A DNA stretch of 64,000 nt from Octopus vulgaris (GCA_951406725.2 OX597817.1:86862001-86926000), one strand, 5' to 3'; numbered from the stretch's first letter, positions 26,346 to 39,599 are shown. Program-made: numbers and translations. Notes: generated by a model not told the origin, from the letters alone.

Positions 26346-28753
26346 TATATTAATTTCTTTACGTATTTTTAATCGCTTTTCTATGAGAACAATAAGATGA
26401 AATATTCATTTATTCATTTGATAAGTCTCAAGATACAGTAAGAGGGTGACATGCTGCATTGGGTAACGTGTAGCACATTAGGAGATTGTTGTAAATAATT
26501 GATGTGAAAACTTTACCATGTATCATATTATAATATGTTGTAAATATCGTAAACTATAATCTGCAGCAAACAGTGATGTAATGTGAATACTGTTAAGCTA
26601 CATTCAGTGAAATAGCGTAAAATCTAGATATTGCTGTGAATCGTAATCTTCATAAAATGTAATATTCTGAATAAAATGTTAAATTACAATTTTATCATAT
26701 AACAAAATTTTATATTGCATACTGCAAATTGAATCTTAATATGCAATATATACGTCGCTCTATTGTTACAAGATATATAATATTATAACATATGATAACT
26801 ATTTCTAAGATAACAAATATTTGGCAGGGGAGTAGTCAATTGTACCAACCAAGTTAAAGACAGGTCTTTATTTTATTGACCTCGGAAACCTGAAGTGCAA
26901 AATTGACTTCGGAAGCCTGAAGTGCAAAATTGAAACTCATAACGCAAAGAGCAGTAACTAAAACCGTAAATCATTTTGTCCGACACTCTAACGATACTGC
27001 CATAGCACTGCCATAAGACATAAAAACATATCAATGATAAAAAGAACAAACAAACAAGCAAATAAATATACCACGTCTCTGCCTACTTGCCCCTCATCGT
27101 TTTGGAACCAGGTGACCAAGATATGTTCGTAGGTATTTTTTGTGCTGGACGATGTAGAAAACATCTACCATCATCTGGGAAAGCTTGTTTGACGTTATTG
27201 TAGACCATTGATTGCGGTATTTAACAACACACTATAATGCAGCATATCTTCAATCTTTTAGATTTCAGAGCGCCCAGCTTTCATGTAAGAATCACCTATC
27301 ACAATTGCTGACCGTTAACCTTATATTATTCCGTAGAAGGGAATCCTTCTTGTACTATTTTTCGGTATATATACATATTCTTTTTACTTAACAACACTTT
27401 TCCGTTCATTCTTCATCAAAAAACTCCTCTCCAATCTAAATTTATTCCCCAGCATCATCAAATGATAAGGTGGCACTGCTGAGAAGAGGACCATTGTTTC
27501 CTCAGTTTTTGGAGTTGTGTACAAAGCTGGTTCCTGGACCATCATCGGAGTTGAAACCGTTGGTGCATCAGTAGCGTTGTCGAAAGAGTAGCCTCATTCA
27601 CCTACGATTGCTGTTGCTCTTTCTGTTCCTGAGTGCTACACTCCCTCTTCCTCAAGGCAAAAAGCCAACAAGTGTCTCATTTGGGTCAAAGTTTAACTTT
27701 TGGATGCTTGTCTAGTACTGCCAATCTCATTTCTTTTGCCAATCTTATTTCTTTTGTTATTGCGCCCATGACACAACTCAGCACCGGAATGGCTCAGAGA
27801 TTTCTGTGGAGTGGGTCATTATCACTTTCTTCTAATCACAATTCACTTTTCATCACCTTTCCATTCACCATCTACCCATACTAAGCCACAAAGTTGAAAG
27901 AAAGTCATAGATTACTGTTTCGCATCGAAACTCTTGAATTCCTCTGTGCCATGCAGCGTGGTATCAACCTACAAATAGGTGTGTCGTTCACCTGCTCAGC
28001 GTGTCACTTCACCTCGCTCTCAGCCTTGAAGGCAAAACTAACTATCATGTTCTCTAATCAAGTGAGAACACACTAGTTCATGAGTCGGCCAAAGCTAACT
28101 TTAGTTACTCTTTTGCCGGCACACCAAACACTTTTCCGCTTTCGTGAAGCAGAGATAAATCGCATCCCTCATGCCCTATAAAATTTATTAGCCAAGGAAG
28201 ATACACTCTTACTTTGACTAGATTTGATTTTGACACCAAACCGTTCGGGTTTAGCAATGCCGATGAAACATCTTCCATTAGAGCTAATGTTCTTGCTTGG
28301 AAAAATATGAGCGTGAATGTTACAGATTTTGTTGTTACTGTTTTTGTTTTTGTTCTTGTCCCTATAATTGTGGCTAGAAATGATCCCAGGAATGTTGCTA
28401 TCTACAGAAATGTCACTTTTCTTACAAAATGTGCAAGAGTGCAGGATTTGTTATGAAGTGTTTTTGTTAATTTTCCTTCTCCCCCCACCCCGCCGTTTAA
28501 CGTTTTTAGATACGTGTTCGTTGCGGCTCCAGTTTTTCTGGGGCGTTCCGCTTGAAGAAGCAATTTTATTTGTTTGCGAATTAAGGAGATAATATTTTCT
28601 TCGCATATTAAAAGCATTTGCCCCTAAACGGAAAAAAAATACAAGCAATTAATTAATTACCTTTATAAGAAGAAATTGTAATTTAATTAAAACAGTTTTC
28701 CACTTAATTTAACTCCATACTCCAAAAATTTGAAAAACGATGACAAAAACAGA

Positions 28754-28849
<96 letters not shown>

Positions 28850-28953
28850 ACTGCTACTATCGATGCTGTTGCTGCTATCGTTGCTGCTGCCGCTACTACT
28901 ATTACTGTTGCTGTTGTTGCTGCTGTTACTACTGCTGCTCATGACGACGTTAA

Positions 28954-28990
<37 letters not shown>
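28754..28990. repeat. (CTA)n/(CTG)n/(GAT)n microsatellite
   Basis: Direct reading. Confidence 0.95.
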
Positions 28991-28992
<2 letters not shown>

Positions 28993-28999
28993 TTTATAG

Positions 29000-29345
29000 G
29001 ATTTTATGAGATTGCTCGAATAAGGCTAAGCAAGAAGACCAGCTATACTCATAGAGGACAGAAAGTACAAACCGTGTAAGATAATAGAATTTGCAATACC
29101 ATATAAAAGTAGAATGGATAGCAAAGAAATTAAGGAAATTGAGAAATGTCAGAATCTAGCCCGAGAGAGCAAGAGATTAGGGAAGACAATAACAACAATT
29201 GCTCCTGTAATAACTGGCACAACAGCCAAACTGCTACTATTACTGGTTGAAGAATATTGAAACTGAGGCAATCATTGTCGTCTAGCTGTGAAGTGCCATC
29301 ATTTATTCTGAAAGAATCTCAAAGAAAATTCATGAGATTTGTAAA
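29000..29345 (+). pseudogene. R4/Dong-type LINE RLE 3' fragment
   Basis: ARRPAILIEDRKYKPCKIIEFAIPYKSRMDSKEIKEIEKCQNLARE. Confidence 0.65.
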
Positions 29346-29431
29346 GATTTGCTCAGGAATATCCATGCTAATTAAATAAATATCTAGGAGCTTTTGTATA
29401 ATACTAATACTAACACTGATAGTAATAATAA

Positions 29432-29865
29432 TGGTTTCAAAATTTGGCACAAGGCCAGCAATTTTAGGGGTGAGGTAAGTTGACTTCATCGACCCAAGTG
29501 TGTGACTGGTACTTATTTTGCGATCCCAAAAGAATGAAAGGCAAAGTCGACATCGGTGGCATTTGAACTCAGAACATAAAGACGGACGAAATGATGTTAA
29601 ACATTTTGTCCGGAGTACTAGCGGTACTGCAAGTTTGCCGTCTTAATAATCCTTTCTCCTAAAGACACAGGCCTGAAATTTTTGGTTGGAAGGGACTAGT
29701 CGATTACATTAACTCCAGCGTTTCACTGTTACTTAATTTATCGAACCCGAAAGGATTAAAGGTAAAGTCGACATCGGCAGAATTTGAACTCAGAACGTAG
29801 CGACGGGTGAAATGCCTCTAAGCATTTTGCCCGGTGTCCTAACGGTTTTGCAAGCTTGTCGCCTT
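29432..29865 (-). mobile_element. Two tandem SINE family B copies beside (AAT)n
   Basis: Each reads ggcacaaggcc..gtcgacatcgg..tttgaactcagaac..gccgtctt/gtcgcctt; followed by (AAT/AAC)n at 29868-30026. Confidence 0.8.
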
Positions 29866-29871
29866 AATAAA

Positions 29872-29951
<80 letters not shown>

Positions 29952-29961
29952 CAACAACAAC

Positions 29962-29999
<38 letters not shown>

Positions 30000-30044
30000 C
30001 AACAACAACAACAACAACAATAATAATGGGTGGTTCTTTCAACA

Positions 30045-30310
30045 TCCTTAAACAACCCTTATTCAGGGACCTTTTGAGCGGGATGGGCTACTCAACCTGA
30101 AGAAAATTCTAACTGGGCCCCACCTGCAAGGTCATGTGCTGTTTATCTTGATATGAGATCACCACGTCGCGCACATATGGTTGTGATGCATGTGCCTGGT
30201 GTACCCTTATCAGACGGGTAGTCATGATGGGTATATTGGGCTTCGTATATTTTACCCCAGTGTCACTTTGATGGCATGCACTGCTCTCTCACATAATAAT
30301 AATAATAACA
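30045..30310 (+). mobile_element. Probable LINE or SINE 3' end with (TAA)n tail
   Basis: GC-richer 250-bp block between TAA arrays, ending tgcactgctctctcacataataat. Confidence 0.4.
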
Positions 30311-30325
30311 ACACTGATGATGATG

Positions 30326-30382
<57 letters not shown>

Positions 30383-30419
30383 GTATGGAAAACACACACT
30401 CAATTTATGAAAAATACTG

Positions 30420-31190
30420 AGGCGGAAAGAGAAGAATTCCAAGTGAAGGCACTTGGAATTGGTTCAATAAGGAATTGGTTCTCAGAAAAGAAACAAGGAT
30501 TTAACATGGCTGCTCAGATCAATCCCTCTGCGCAGATAATACAAAGGGGAAGGAGTCAATGTATCGTCATTGTGCAGATTGTGCGATGAACCAGAAGAAA
30601 AAGTAAACCGCGTAGTAAATGAATGCTCTAAACTCGCATAGGAACAGTATAAATCTTGGAGACATGATAATATAAAGATCATTTATTAGAAACTGTGTGA
30701 GGAGTTTGGACTTCCCTGAGGACCCAGGCAGCATGACTGAAAATGATGAGGTCAAACATCTTTGGGGCTTTCTAATCCGAACGGATCATGTCCTAGAACA
30801 TAATGTTTGAGAAAAGAGAACGGAATTATAACATAATTGATGCGGCCTGCCGTTTGAGACTTGTATCAAATAAAAGAAAACGAAGTCGACAAGGTAGATG
30901 TATATATGAACCTGAAGAGAGAGCTAAGCAGACTGTGGCTTTGCAGAAAAAGTTAGGCCGCACCAATTGTCATTGGAACTTTAGCAAAGGCGAAGAAGAG
31001 AGTCAAGGCGAGGGCAAAAAACAGATTGGCTTGCGGAAGCAGATACATTACACGAAACTCACCAGCATGTTAGGAAGGATGAAGATCATTTGAAAGTTCT
31101 TAGATAGCTGAAGTCACAGGTAGTGACTTATTGTCCAAGAATAAACCCACCTAAATTCCATCATAGAGCTGAGACACAAGAAAATTTTGA
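30420..31190 (+). pseudogene. R4/Dong-type LINE 3' fragment (zinc knuckle plus RLE), flanked by (TAA)n
   Basis: MAAQ..CRLCDEPEEKVNRVVNECSKLA*EQYKSWRHD..GFLIRTDHVLEHN..IIDAAC..VIGTL. Confidence 0.75.
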
Positions 31191-31256
<66 letters not shown>

Positions 31257-31258
<2 letters not shown>

Positions 31259-31465
31259 TTTCAAATTTTGGCACAAGGCTAGCACTTTCTGCGGCGTGGG
31301 TAAGTCGATTATATCGACCTAGTGATTAACTGTACTTATTTTATCGACCTCAAAAGGATGAAAGGCAAAGTCGACTTAAGCGGAATTTGAGCTCGGAGCT
31401 TAAGGCGGTCGAAATATCGCTGAGCATTTTGTGCCCGGCGTGTTAACGTCTGCCAGCTCGCCGCC

Positions 31466-31530
<65 letters not shown>

Positions 31531-31870
31531 TTTAGGGGAGGGGATAAGTTATTTACATCGACCCCAGTGCTCTACTGCTATTATTTTATCGACTTCGAAA
31601 GGATGAAAGGCATAGTCGATCTAGGCAGAATTTCAATTCAAATAATCTTTTCTACTATAGGCACAAAACCTGCAATTTGGTGGGTAGAGGCAAGTCGGTT
31701 ATATCTACCTGGGGCTTGTTGATTACATTTACCCCACGGTTCATCTACTTATTTTCATCAACCCCAATAAGATGAAAAGCAAAATATTTGAACTCAGAAC
31801 AGAGGGAAAAGCCGCTAAATATATTGTCCGAGGTCGTAACGATTCTGCAAGCCCACCAAAGCCCGCCGCC
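31257..31870 (-). mobile_element. SINE family B copies interleaved with (TAA)n
   Basis: ttttatcgacctcaaaaggatgaaaggcaaagtcgac..gccagctcgccgccttaataataat and further partial copies. Confidence 0.75.
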
Positions 31871-32552
31871 AGACTTTGGTGCCTGGGGTATTTCAGAATA
31901 TTCTGGGTGGGCACTAATTTGTATTACGGAAAGATTTTTGTAAACTGTATTTCCTAAATCTGGGAGTGCACCATTAAATAGTAAGGGTCAGTGCTGCCCA
32001 GTGCCCAGCCTTAGCAGCATGCATGAGTTCACTACCATAATAATAATTACAACTAGAGCGAGAAGGGAATTGGTGACTTTACAACGATACAGAAGGGACA
32101 AAGTCAAATAAATGTCAATCAGTCTACACAGTTAGATTGATGAAATGGTAAGACTGTAAATCACCAGTAAATCAACATTGCATGAAAATTCTGTTGCCGT
32201 CTATTGTAAGAATAATGGTATGTGAAAGAAGAAAGCAATAAGTACACGAAAGAAAAAAATGCGTGGAGAGGGGAAGGGGTGGGAAGAGAAAATGTACTTT
32301 TTACTATTTCTTCACAATACAAAGAAACTATATTTATTAAAGAGAGTGAGTTGGAGAATTATTAGGAATGACCGTGCATAAATAATTCAGGAAAAGAATA
32401 CATGGAAAGAGAATGTCATAGGCATATATACACACAGACAACTAGCTCTATACACGCATACCCAATCCTACGCACACACATGCACATAAATGAATGTGTG
32501 TATGTATATGCATATATATTTTTATATGTATGAATATATGTATACATATATA

Positions 32553-32605
<53 letters not shown>

Positions 32606-32754
32606 AATATAAGAGAGTGGTCACTATATGGCTCACTCTAGCACTAGTTAATCCAAAAGGTTTCAACCACAAAAATACATGTTTCCAATGAAAGTCAGTA
32701 CGATTGTTAGCTCACACGGACAGGGCAAATAAAAAATAACAAAAATACAGATTA

Positions 32755-32836
32755 TTTTGGGACAATTGTTTCGCTATTAATGAATTAAATGTAATTTTAC
32801 TTACAAAAAAATCCACTTGTAGCTCGTCAGCCAAAA
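32755..32836 (-). ncRNA. Type I hammerhead ribozyme (inverted copy)
   Basis: Reverse complement of 33197-33278. Confidence 0.85.
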
Positions 32837-33196
32837 CTCTTTTGGATTAACTAGTGCTAGAGTGAGCCATATAGTGACCACTCTCTTATATTTATTTTGT
32901 AAAAATATTATAATATATTATAAAATATTATAATAATCCAGGTTTCTCGGAGCACTAGGCCACTTGGTGTTGAATAGATATACTATTAAATTAGTATCTA
33001 ATTCTCTCACCCTTATTAATTAATTATAATTATGCTGCATTTATTTCTAAATGCAGTATTTGTTTTCCGTGAAAGTTTGGCGCGCTGTTAGTTGGGGCAT
33101 TTGAATTATAACGTCGGATGTAATCAATTGAACCACACGTGTATTTATCGTTATGGTAAAATCTGGCGTGTGATTGAGTGGATTTCATCCAGATAG

Positions 33197-33278
33197 TTTT
33201 GGCTGACGAGCTACAAGTGGATTTTTTTGTAAGTAAAATTACATTTAATTCATTAATAGCGAAACAATTGTCCCAAAA
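33197..33278 (+). ncRNA. Type I hammerhead ribozyme
   Basis: ttttgg CTGACGA gcta...tagc GAAA caattg TC ccaaaa. Canonical core, 6-bp stem I, palindromic stem III, GUC triplet. Confidence 0.88.
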
Positions 33279-33554
33279 TAATCTGTATTTTTGTTATTTT
33301 TTATTTGCCCTGTCCGTGTGAGCTAACAATCGTACTGACTTTCATGGGAAACATGTATTTTTGTGGTTGAAACCTTTTGGATTAACTAGTGCTAGAGTGA
33401 GCCATATAGTGACCACTCTCTTATATTTATTTTGTAAAAATATTATAATATATTATAAAATATTATAATAATCCAGGTTTCTCGGAGCACTAGGCCACTT
33501 GGTGTTGAATAGATATACTATTAAATTAGTATCTAATTCTCTCACCCTTATTAA

Positions 33555-33638
<84 letters not shown>

Positions 33639-33686
33639 ATTGTATACTTATGTATAAATACATATCTGTGTGTGTGTATGTGTGCG

Positions 33687-33739
<53 letters not shown>

Positions 33740-34929
33740 AACCATACACATTCAAATATGAATATGCACATGCATATGTGAGCGCGTGAGCACACACAAA
33801 CACGCATCCTATACACAACGCGCACATACATTTGTATATTTATCTGTGCACGCGTGCATCGCAAGTGTGTGTATATATTTGTGCATGTGTGTAAGTGTAT
33901 ATGTAAAGGCAACAAAATCAGGTACATGCTGTTGGTGTAGAAGAAAATAAATGTGAGAAAATAGTTGATAAATAAAAAAATATTTGCTTTAAAAAGATGT
34001 AGATCTTTGCTGGAAATGTAATAGGAAAGATTGTCTTCACCATTATGGAGGAAATTTGGTAAAGAAAATTATAAGAGTTAAAAAAAATACGAAAAAGTAA
34101 AAATAGAAAGAACACAGGCGACAAGCAAAAATTCTGGTGTTAGAAATATAATTTACAAAATGAAAGAAAGCCATATAATACTATTGCTATAAATAGTCTG
34201 AACCAACGAGTAACGTAAACGTGCTTATACAGCCTACACGAAGTGATAGGCAAATCCATTTTATATAATATTCTACCGTCTTAACGAATAAAAAGACATA
34301 GATCGATAAATTGTCAAGACAAGACGTTTGGACGAGAAACGTTGACACACAGAAACTAGAAATTACGTGAATGAAAGAGTTCTGAAGCTATAATCTTAAA
34401 GCTGTTATGGACAGGAGACACATATACTACTCCCTTCCATACAAGTATATGTATCCCCCATAATTTCAATTCCTCCTGTTCTGAGCATATTATCGCGATT
34501 GCTGATTTGAGCCATATTATATCTGAGTTATCAGTTCCAGTAGTATACGTCTCAAATCTTCTAGCCTCCACAGCAGAGACTCAAAAGCTTAAAATGTACT
34601 GAAGCAATGGGAAAGGTACCCATGAATGTTATTCGAAACGGTTACGGGAGGCGACTGACCTCTTTTAGATTATTTAGTCTGAGCCACGAACAGTTGCTGT
34701 TGTACATGAAAGAGATCAAATCTTCGCAAACAGGACGAAACAGACTGTACTCTTCAAAGCCGCTGGGTATCGATGGCCGAACCAGTCGAAAGATTTTGAT
34801 TGATCTAGATTGACCAGAAACCGAATGAAGCTAGCTTTATTACACATGACCTCACACCTGCCTACCTACCTACCTACCTACCTACCTACCTACCTACCTA
34901 CCTACCTACCTACCTACCTGCCTGCCTAC

Positions 34930-35150
34930 GTAGCTAAAAAAGGAAGATTCAAGGTGCTTCCCAACCCACAGGCTCATAAGTCCGATTTCCAGGATTCTGT
35001 GGCGTGTATCTTTCACTCACCCTTGGGCGGGACACCGTTCCGTTGGAAGAGCACTCATTCTTGCCAGCCTAGTGGACCAGAGTAACGTGAAATAAAGTGT
35101 CCAAGAATGGAAACCAGAATCTTTCAATCGTGAGTCTAACACGCCCGCAC
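34930..35150 (-). mobile_element. Diverged CORE-like SINE family C
   Basis: agtggaccagagtaacgtgaaataaagtgt..aatcgtgagtctaacacg. Confidence 0.6.
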
Positions 35151-35408
35151 ACCAGTGTACATACATAGATACATACATACATACATACATAGATACATAC
35201 ATAGATACATACATACATACATACATACATACATAAATACATACATACATACATACATACATAGTACATACATAATACATACATACTTACATGCATACAT
35301 ATATAAATACATACATTTATTTATTCATACATACATACACACATACATTCATTCATACACACATTCATACATACATACATACATACATACATACATACAT
35401 ACATACAT

Positions 35409-36150
35409 TATGGCTGCCCTCTCGTTATCGAGTATGGCCATTGCACGAAGCTTAACTGTTACTGGTGCTGTGATCGAATGTGACTTTTTAGCCCAGCTAA
35501 AGATCTACAATGTCTTGTACAAAATTGGCAACTAAGACCTTTACTGGTAATAGCCGGCTGTAGTTGTAACTGGGCTTCATGTACCTTTGCATGTCGTTTA
35601 AATCCTCCTGGCGAATTACACTCTCTTCCACATGCCCGACAGATATGATTAGTATGGTGTGTTACACCACCACCAGTGGCCAGGTTGTCACTCATCTGTC
35701 TCGTTTTATGACTACGGAGATGACTCATGAGTCCAGCTTTACTGAGGCAGGGTCTTGCACAGACATTGCATGTCAGAATCAAAGGAAGACCCTTCCCTTC
35801 TGGAAGTGTAACATCGATGCCCTTCCTGACATCCCTCCTTACTTTCTCATGTGCAACTCGAGATTTCTCAAACGTGGCTGTCCCCTCATGCACAATACTT
35901 CTCCACCTGCTACGATCAATAGCTATGCCTTCCCATATGTTAGGAGAGATACAAGCATCTCTTAAGGAAGCCTTCAGCAAGTCCTTATACCTCTTTTTTG
36001 GTTTATGTGGAGGTCGTTCTCCTTTAGCTAACTCTCCATAAAAGAGTTGTTTTGGCATCCTTGAATCCTTCATTCTGACCAGATGACCACTCCATCTGAG
36101 CCTTTGCTTTAACACAAGAGCTTCTATACTTACACACCGAGAGCCTTGGA
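35409..36150 (-). mobile_element. 5'-truncated RTE-clade LINE: post-RT C-terminus with three C2H2 zinc fingers, 3' end in (TATG)n
   Basis: LRWSGHLVRMKDSRMPKQLFYGELAKG..PKKRYKD..DRSRWRS (RTE/BovB signature); CNVC..HLRSH, CRAC..HAKVH and CQFC..HIRSQH; frame is open. Confidence 0.9.
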
Positions 36151-36311
36151 TTTTACGAAATTTGAAATTAGCTGCAATATTTGAATCGGAACGAAATAAT
36201 AAAATCAAATCAAATCATTATCTGAATAACTTTTGAATGAAAACGTAACAAGACATATTTAAAGAAAAACCATCTGAAATACAAAGAAGGGAAAAACAGA
36301 AAATATATACA

Positions 36312-36800
36312 CAGACGTTTTCGTCCTATTACTGAGTGTTAGCAGTCCTCTGATGTTCAGTAGGAGCATCGAGGTGAGGTGTATGCTGTTGCCGGCGGTG
36401 TTCACCTTGGGTCTAATTGCTGTGGCGGTCTTGTGTATTGTGGATAGTCCCATCTGCGAGTTTGAGTTTGATGTACAATCTTTTGTGCCATGCACAAAAA
36501 AGATTCTTGTTCAGCAGCTGCCCTTTCAATAACATGTTGGCAGTTTGTAGCACGCACCACATCTGCGTACCTCCGTTTTGGGGCAGGTGGTGCGTGGTCC
36601 ATTCCTTTTCCTTTTGGTAGTTGGTTTCTGACCTGTTTCGTGTTTATGTGGCAGGGTCTTTGATGTGCAAAACGGCAGCCTGCACCTTCTTCTCTATGCC
36701 AGCAGACACCTTTCAGGTGGAATTTACACATTTGTGTGCGCTGTCTGTTTCTATCCTTTTTGGTACATGGATAGTCAGGTTTGCTTCTATCCTTGGCTAT
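36312..36800 (-). pseudogene. LINE ORF1 fragment with CCCH finger followed by the start of an APE-type endonuclease
   Basis: CKFHLKGVCWHREEGAGCRFAH (C-x7-C-x8-C-x3-H); downstream SMLLLNIRGL resembles APE motif I (NxRGL). Confidence 0.55.
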
Positions 36801-37123
36801 CCTTGGCTATCCTCTATATATATGCATTCCTTGGATATTGGAATAGTACCTTTAATGATTCTACAAAAAAGAAAATAACTGTGTCTTCTTGTCGTAAATC
36901 TGTGTTACCATGTGTAGCAACCACGATCGAAAACACGACATTCTACTTCGTAAAGATATCTGTAAGTACATCCCGAATTCTAGAAAAATCATACACACAG
37001 TTTTATATATCAGCACGCACAGCACACAAATATATATACAAAGCGAATTTAAATCATACTTTCTTCTTCACCAACCATTGTATCCTTACATCTTTTGATT
37101 GTACATATAACTGTATTTTTTTG

Positions 37124-37482
37124 TATGGCAGGTCACTTTCGAGTGCTACTGGTAACATGTAACCCAGAGCAACCTGTTGCATGGTCGAGTCGTCGGCGAC
37201 TAAACTGGTAGCCCCACCAAGCGTGCTTGGTGAGGAGGGTGTTTATTGGACACCCTGCGGGATGAAAAACAAAACCCGTCAAAGGGTGGAGGAACTCTTG
37301 AGAGTCAACGGCCATCCAATAAATTTGTGTTTTTTTTCATTTTTTTTCTTAAGGCTTAAGGCTGTATCATGCGTGGGGACATAGAAATAATCGGACTGAA
37401 TACCCGATCGCGCGGTTAAACCATTGGGCGTGAAGGACTCCTAGCCTTTGTTAGGGCATCCTTCTAGGAGAAGGTAACTCAG
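37124..37482 (+). mobile_element. Orphan 5' UTR of an RTE-like LINE with a structured 5' end
   Basis: GC-rich block with several hairpins at 37127-37212; ends tagggcatccttctaggagaaggtaactc, resembling RTE 5' UTR motifs from memory; abuts (TACA)n. Confidence 0.45.
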
Positions 37483-38129
37483 GTAACATACATACATGCA
37501 TGCATACATACATACATACATACATACATACATACATACAAATATACATACATACATACATACATACATACATACATTCATTCATTCATGCATACACACA
37601 TTCATGCACTGTTTCATACATTCACACATACACATACGTACTAAGATGTTAAAATATGTGACTACAAAATATGGGGAGTTGGACAAGAAAAAGAATTATA
37701 AAAAGAAGAATGAACATTGTATACAATAAACATATTAACATTTTTAAAGTTTGAAGACAAATTAGAAAATTATATAAAGCATAATAATTAAAACAAGATA
37801 TTATTCTTTACAACATGAAATACAGGTAGGTAACTCAGTTACACATGGGTGGGAACCAAACAACTAAGTTTGAGCCAGAGCATCTCGTGAAGCATTTCAC
37901 AACATTCAGAATTGTCATATATGAAGGTACTTGAAACATAATTACTGACGGAATGGACAAGAAATGTCTCATGCTTATGAATAGTTCACATACTGTTTGT
38001 GTTATGTTTTTGACGAGTAGTCAACGATTTGGGTGCTTCACAACTCCGACTCCATTTCCTCAATCAGGACATTACAATCTCCTTTATTGCCTTTAATTCA
38101 TTTGAATTTATTTTAACCTTTACTTGCTC

Positions 38130-39078
38130 AAATGGAGAAAGAGGACTGATAAGTGTGGAAGATTGCGTGCATATCGAACTCGAGAGTTTGATGAGTTACC
38201 TAGCCCAAACTAAGGAAACCTTGCTAGTTGCAGGGGTATTGAAAGCAGAGAAAAAAAAAGGAAAAACAAAGGAAGAAGTACAAAAAGAGCATGAAGAAGA
38301 ATTACGCAAGAAGGGACTACACTATCAATTTCATATTGCCACAACAGAAATTGCGGGAAAATAGGTGGAATTAGCTGATGAAAGGAACACTAAAAAAAGA
38401 GACCGAGAGCACTATACTGGCAGCGCAAGACCAAGCTTTGGCCACGAACTGGAGGGTCAACCTTAGGAATGCGCATCTGCAATAGAGTGATGAAAACCAT
38501 TGCCCATTTCACAAACGAATGCCCTAGACTTTCCCAAAGCCACTACAAGATGGTTTTGGAAACTGTGCGAAAAGTGGGGGCTAGAGAGAAGCAAGACGTG
38601 GTATGAGCACACAACTCAGATGGCGGTGGAGTCTGAGACTAACAAAATACATTGGTATTTCCCAATCCAAACAGATCAGGTGCTAAAACATAACAGATCA
38701 GACCTCATCATGGTAGACAAGGTGCACCACATATGCTATATAGTTGTTGCATGCCCCTTTAACCCACGAAAGAAAGAGAGCGAAAAGATAGATAAATACA
38801 ACCTCCTTAAGTACGAAATAGCCCGGCTATGGAAAATGAAGGTGAAAATAGTGCCAATCATTATTGGGTCTTTAGGAGCAGTGTCAGAAGGCATCAAGTG
38901 AAATATAAAGGAAATTGGAATAGAGTGCCCAGTAGAACTATTACAAAAGGCTTGCCACCTTGGCATGGCCAGAATAGCCAGGAAGGTATTAGGTAGCTGA
39001 AAAGAACGGATAGCATGGTACCGCAGGCTGCAGGTAGCAAGCCAGCTAGGAGCTCTAACAAAACCTGTGATGAAGAGA

Positions 39079-39080
<2 letters not shown>
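38130..39080 (+). pseudogene. R4/Dong-type LINE 3' part (post-RT plus RLE) with (TAA)n tail
   Basis: GERGLISVEDCV..ETESTILAAQDQALATN..WYEH..PIQTDQVLKHNRSDLIMVDK..KIDKYNLLKYEIARLWKMKVKIVPIIIGSLGAV; (AAT)n at 39079-39150. Confidence 0.85.
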
Positions 39081-39149
<69 letters not shown>

Positions 39150-39150
<1 letters not shown>

Positions 39151-39549
39151 CCTTTCTACTGTAGGCACAAGGCATGAAATATGGGGGAAGGGATTAAGTC
39201 GATTACATCAACCCCAGTGCGTAACTAGTACGTATTTAATCGAACCCGAAAGGATGAAGGGCAAAGTCGACCTAGGTGGAATTTGAACTCAGAACGTAGC
39301 GACAGACGAAATACCTATTTCTTTACTACCCATAAGGCGCTAAACATAGAGAGGACAAACAAGGACAGACAAACAGGTTAAATCGATTATATCGACCCCA
39401 GTGCGTAACTGGTACTTAATTTATCGACCCCGAAACGATGACAGGCAAAGTCTATCTCGGCGGAATTTGAACTCAGAACGTAACGGCAGACGAAATACGG
39501 CTACACATTTTTCCCGGCGTGCTAACGATTCCACCAGCTCGCCGCCTTA
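39150..39549 (-). mobile_element. Two tandem SINE family B copies
   Basis: Same dimeric arrangement as 19750-20135. Confidence 0.8.
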
Positions 39550-39599
39550 ATAATGATGATGATGATGATGATGGTAATAATAATAATAATGATGATAAA

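Larger units (their letters stand above)
32600..33562. mobile_element. Non-coding retrozyme-like or non-autonomous Penelope element: 535-bp unit with about 188-bp direct repeats plus an inverted segment
   Basis: 32840-33027 repeats at 33375-33562; 32600-32838 is the reverse complement of about 33195-33432; both ends lie in (TA)n. Confidence 0.85.

Noticed and set aside
27100-28200. GC-richer block with faint LINE ORF1-like peptides on the minus strand
   Set aside because: Too many stops and no firm motif to assign a family.
34356-34571. 71-aa ORF
   Set aside because: No recognisable domain; possibly a decayed LINE end.
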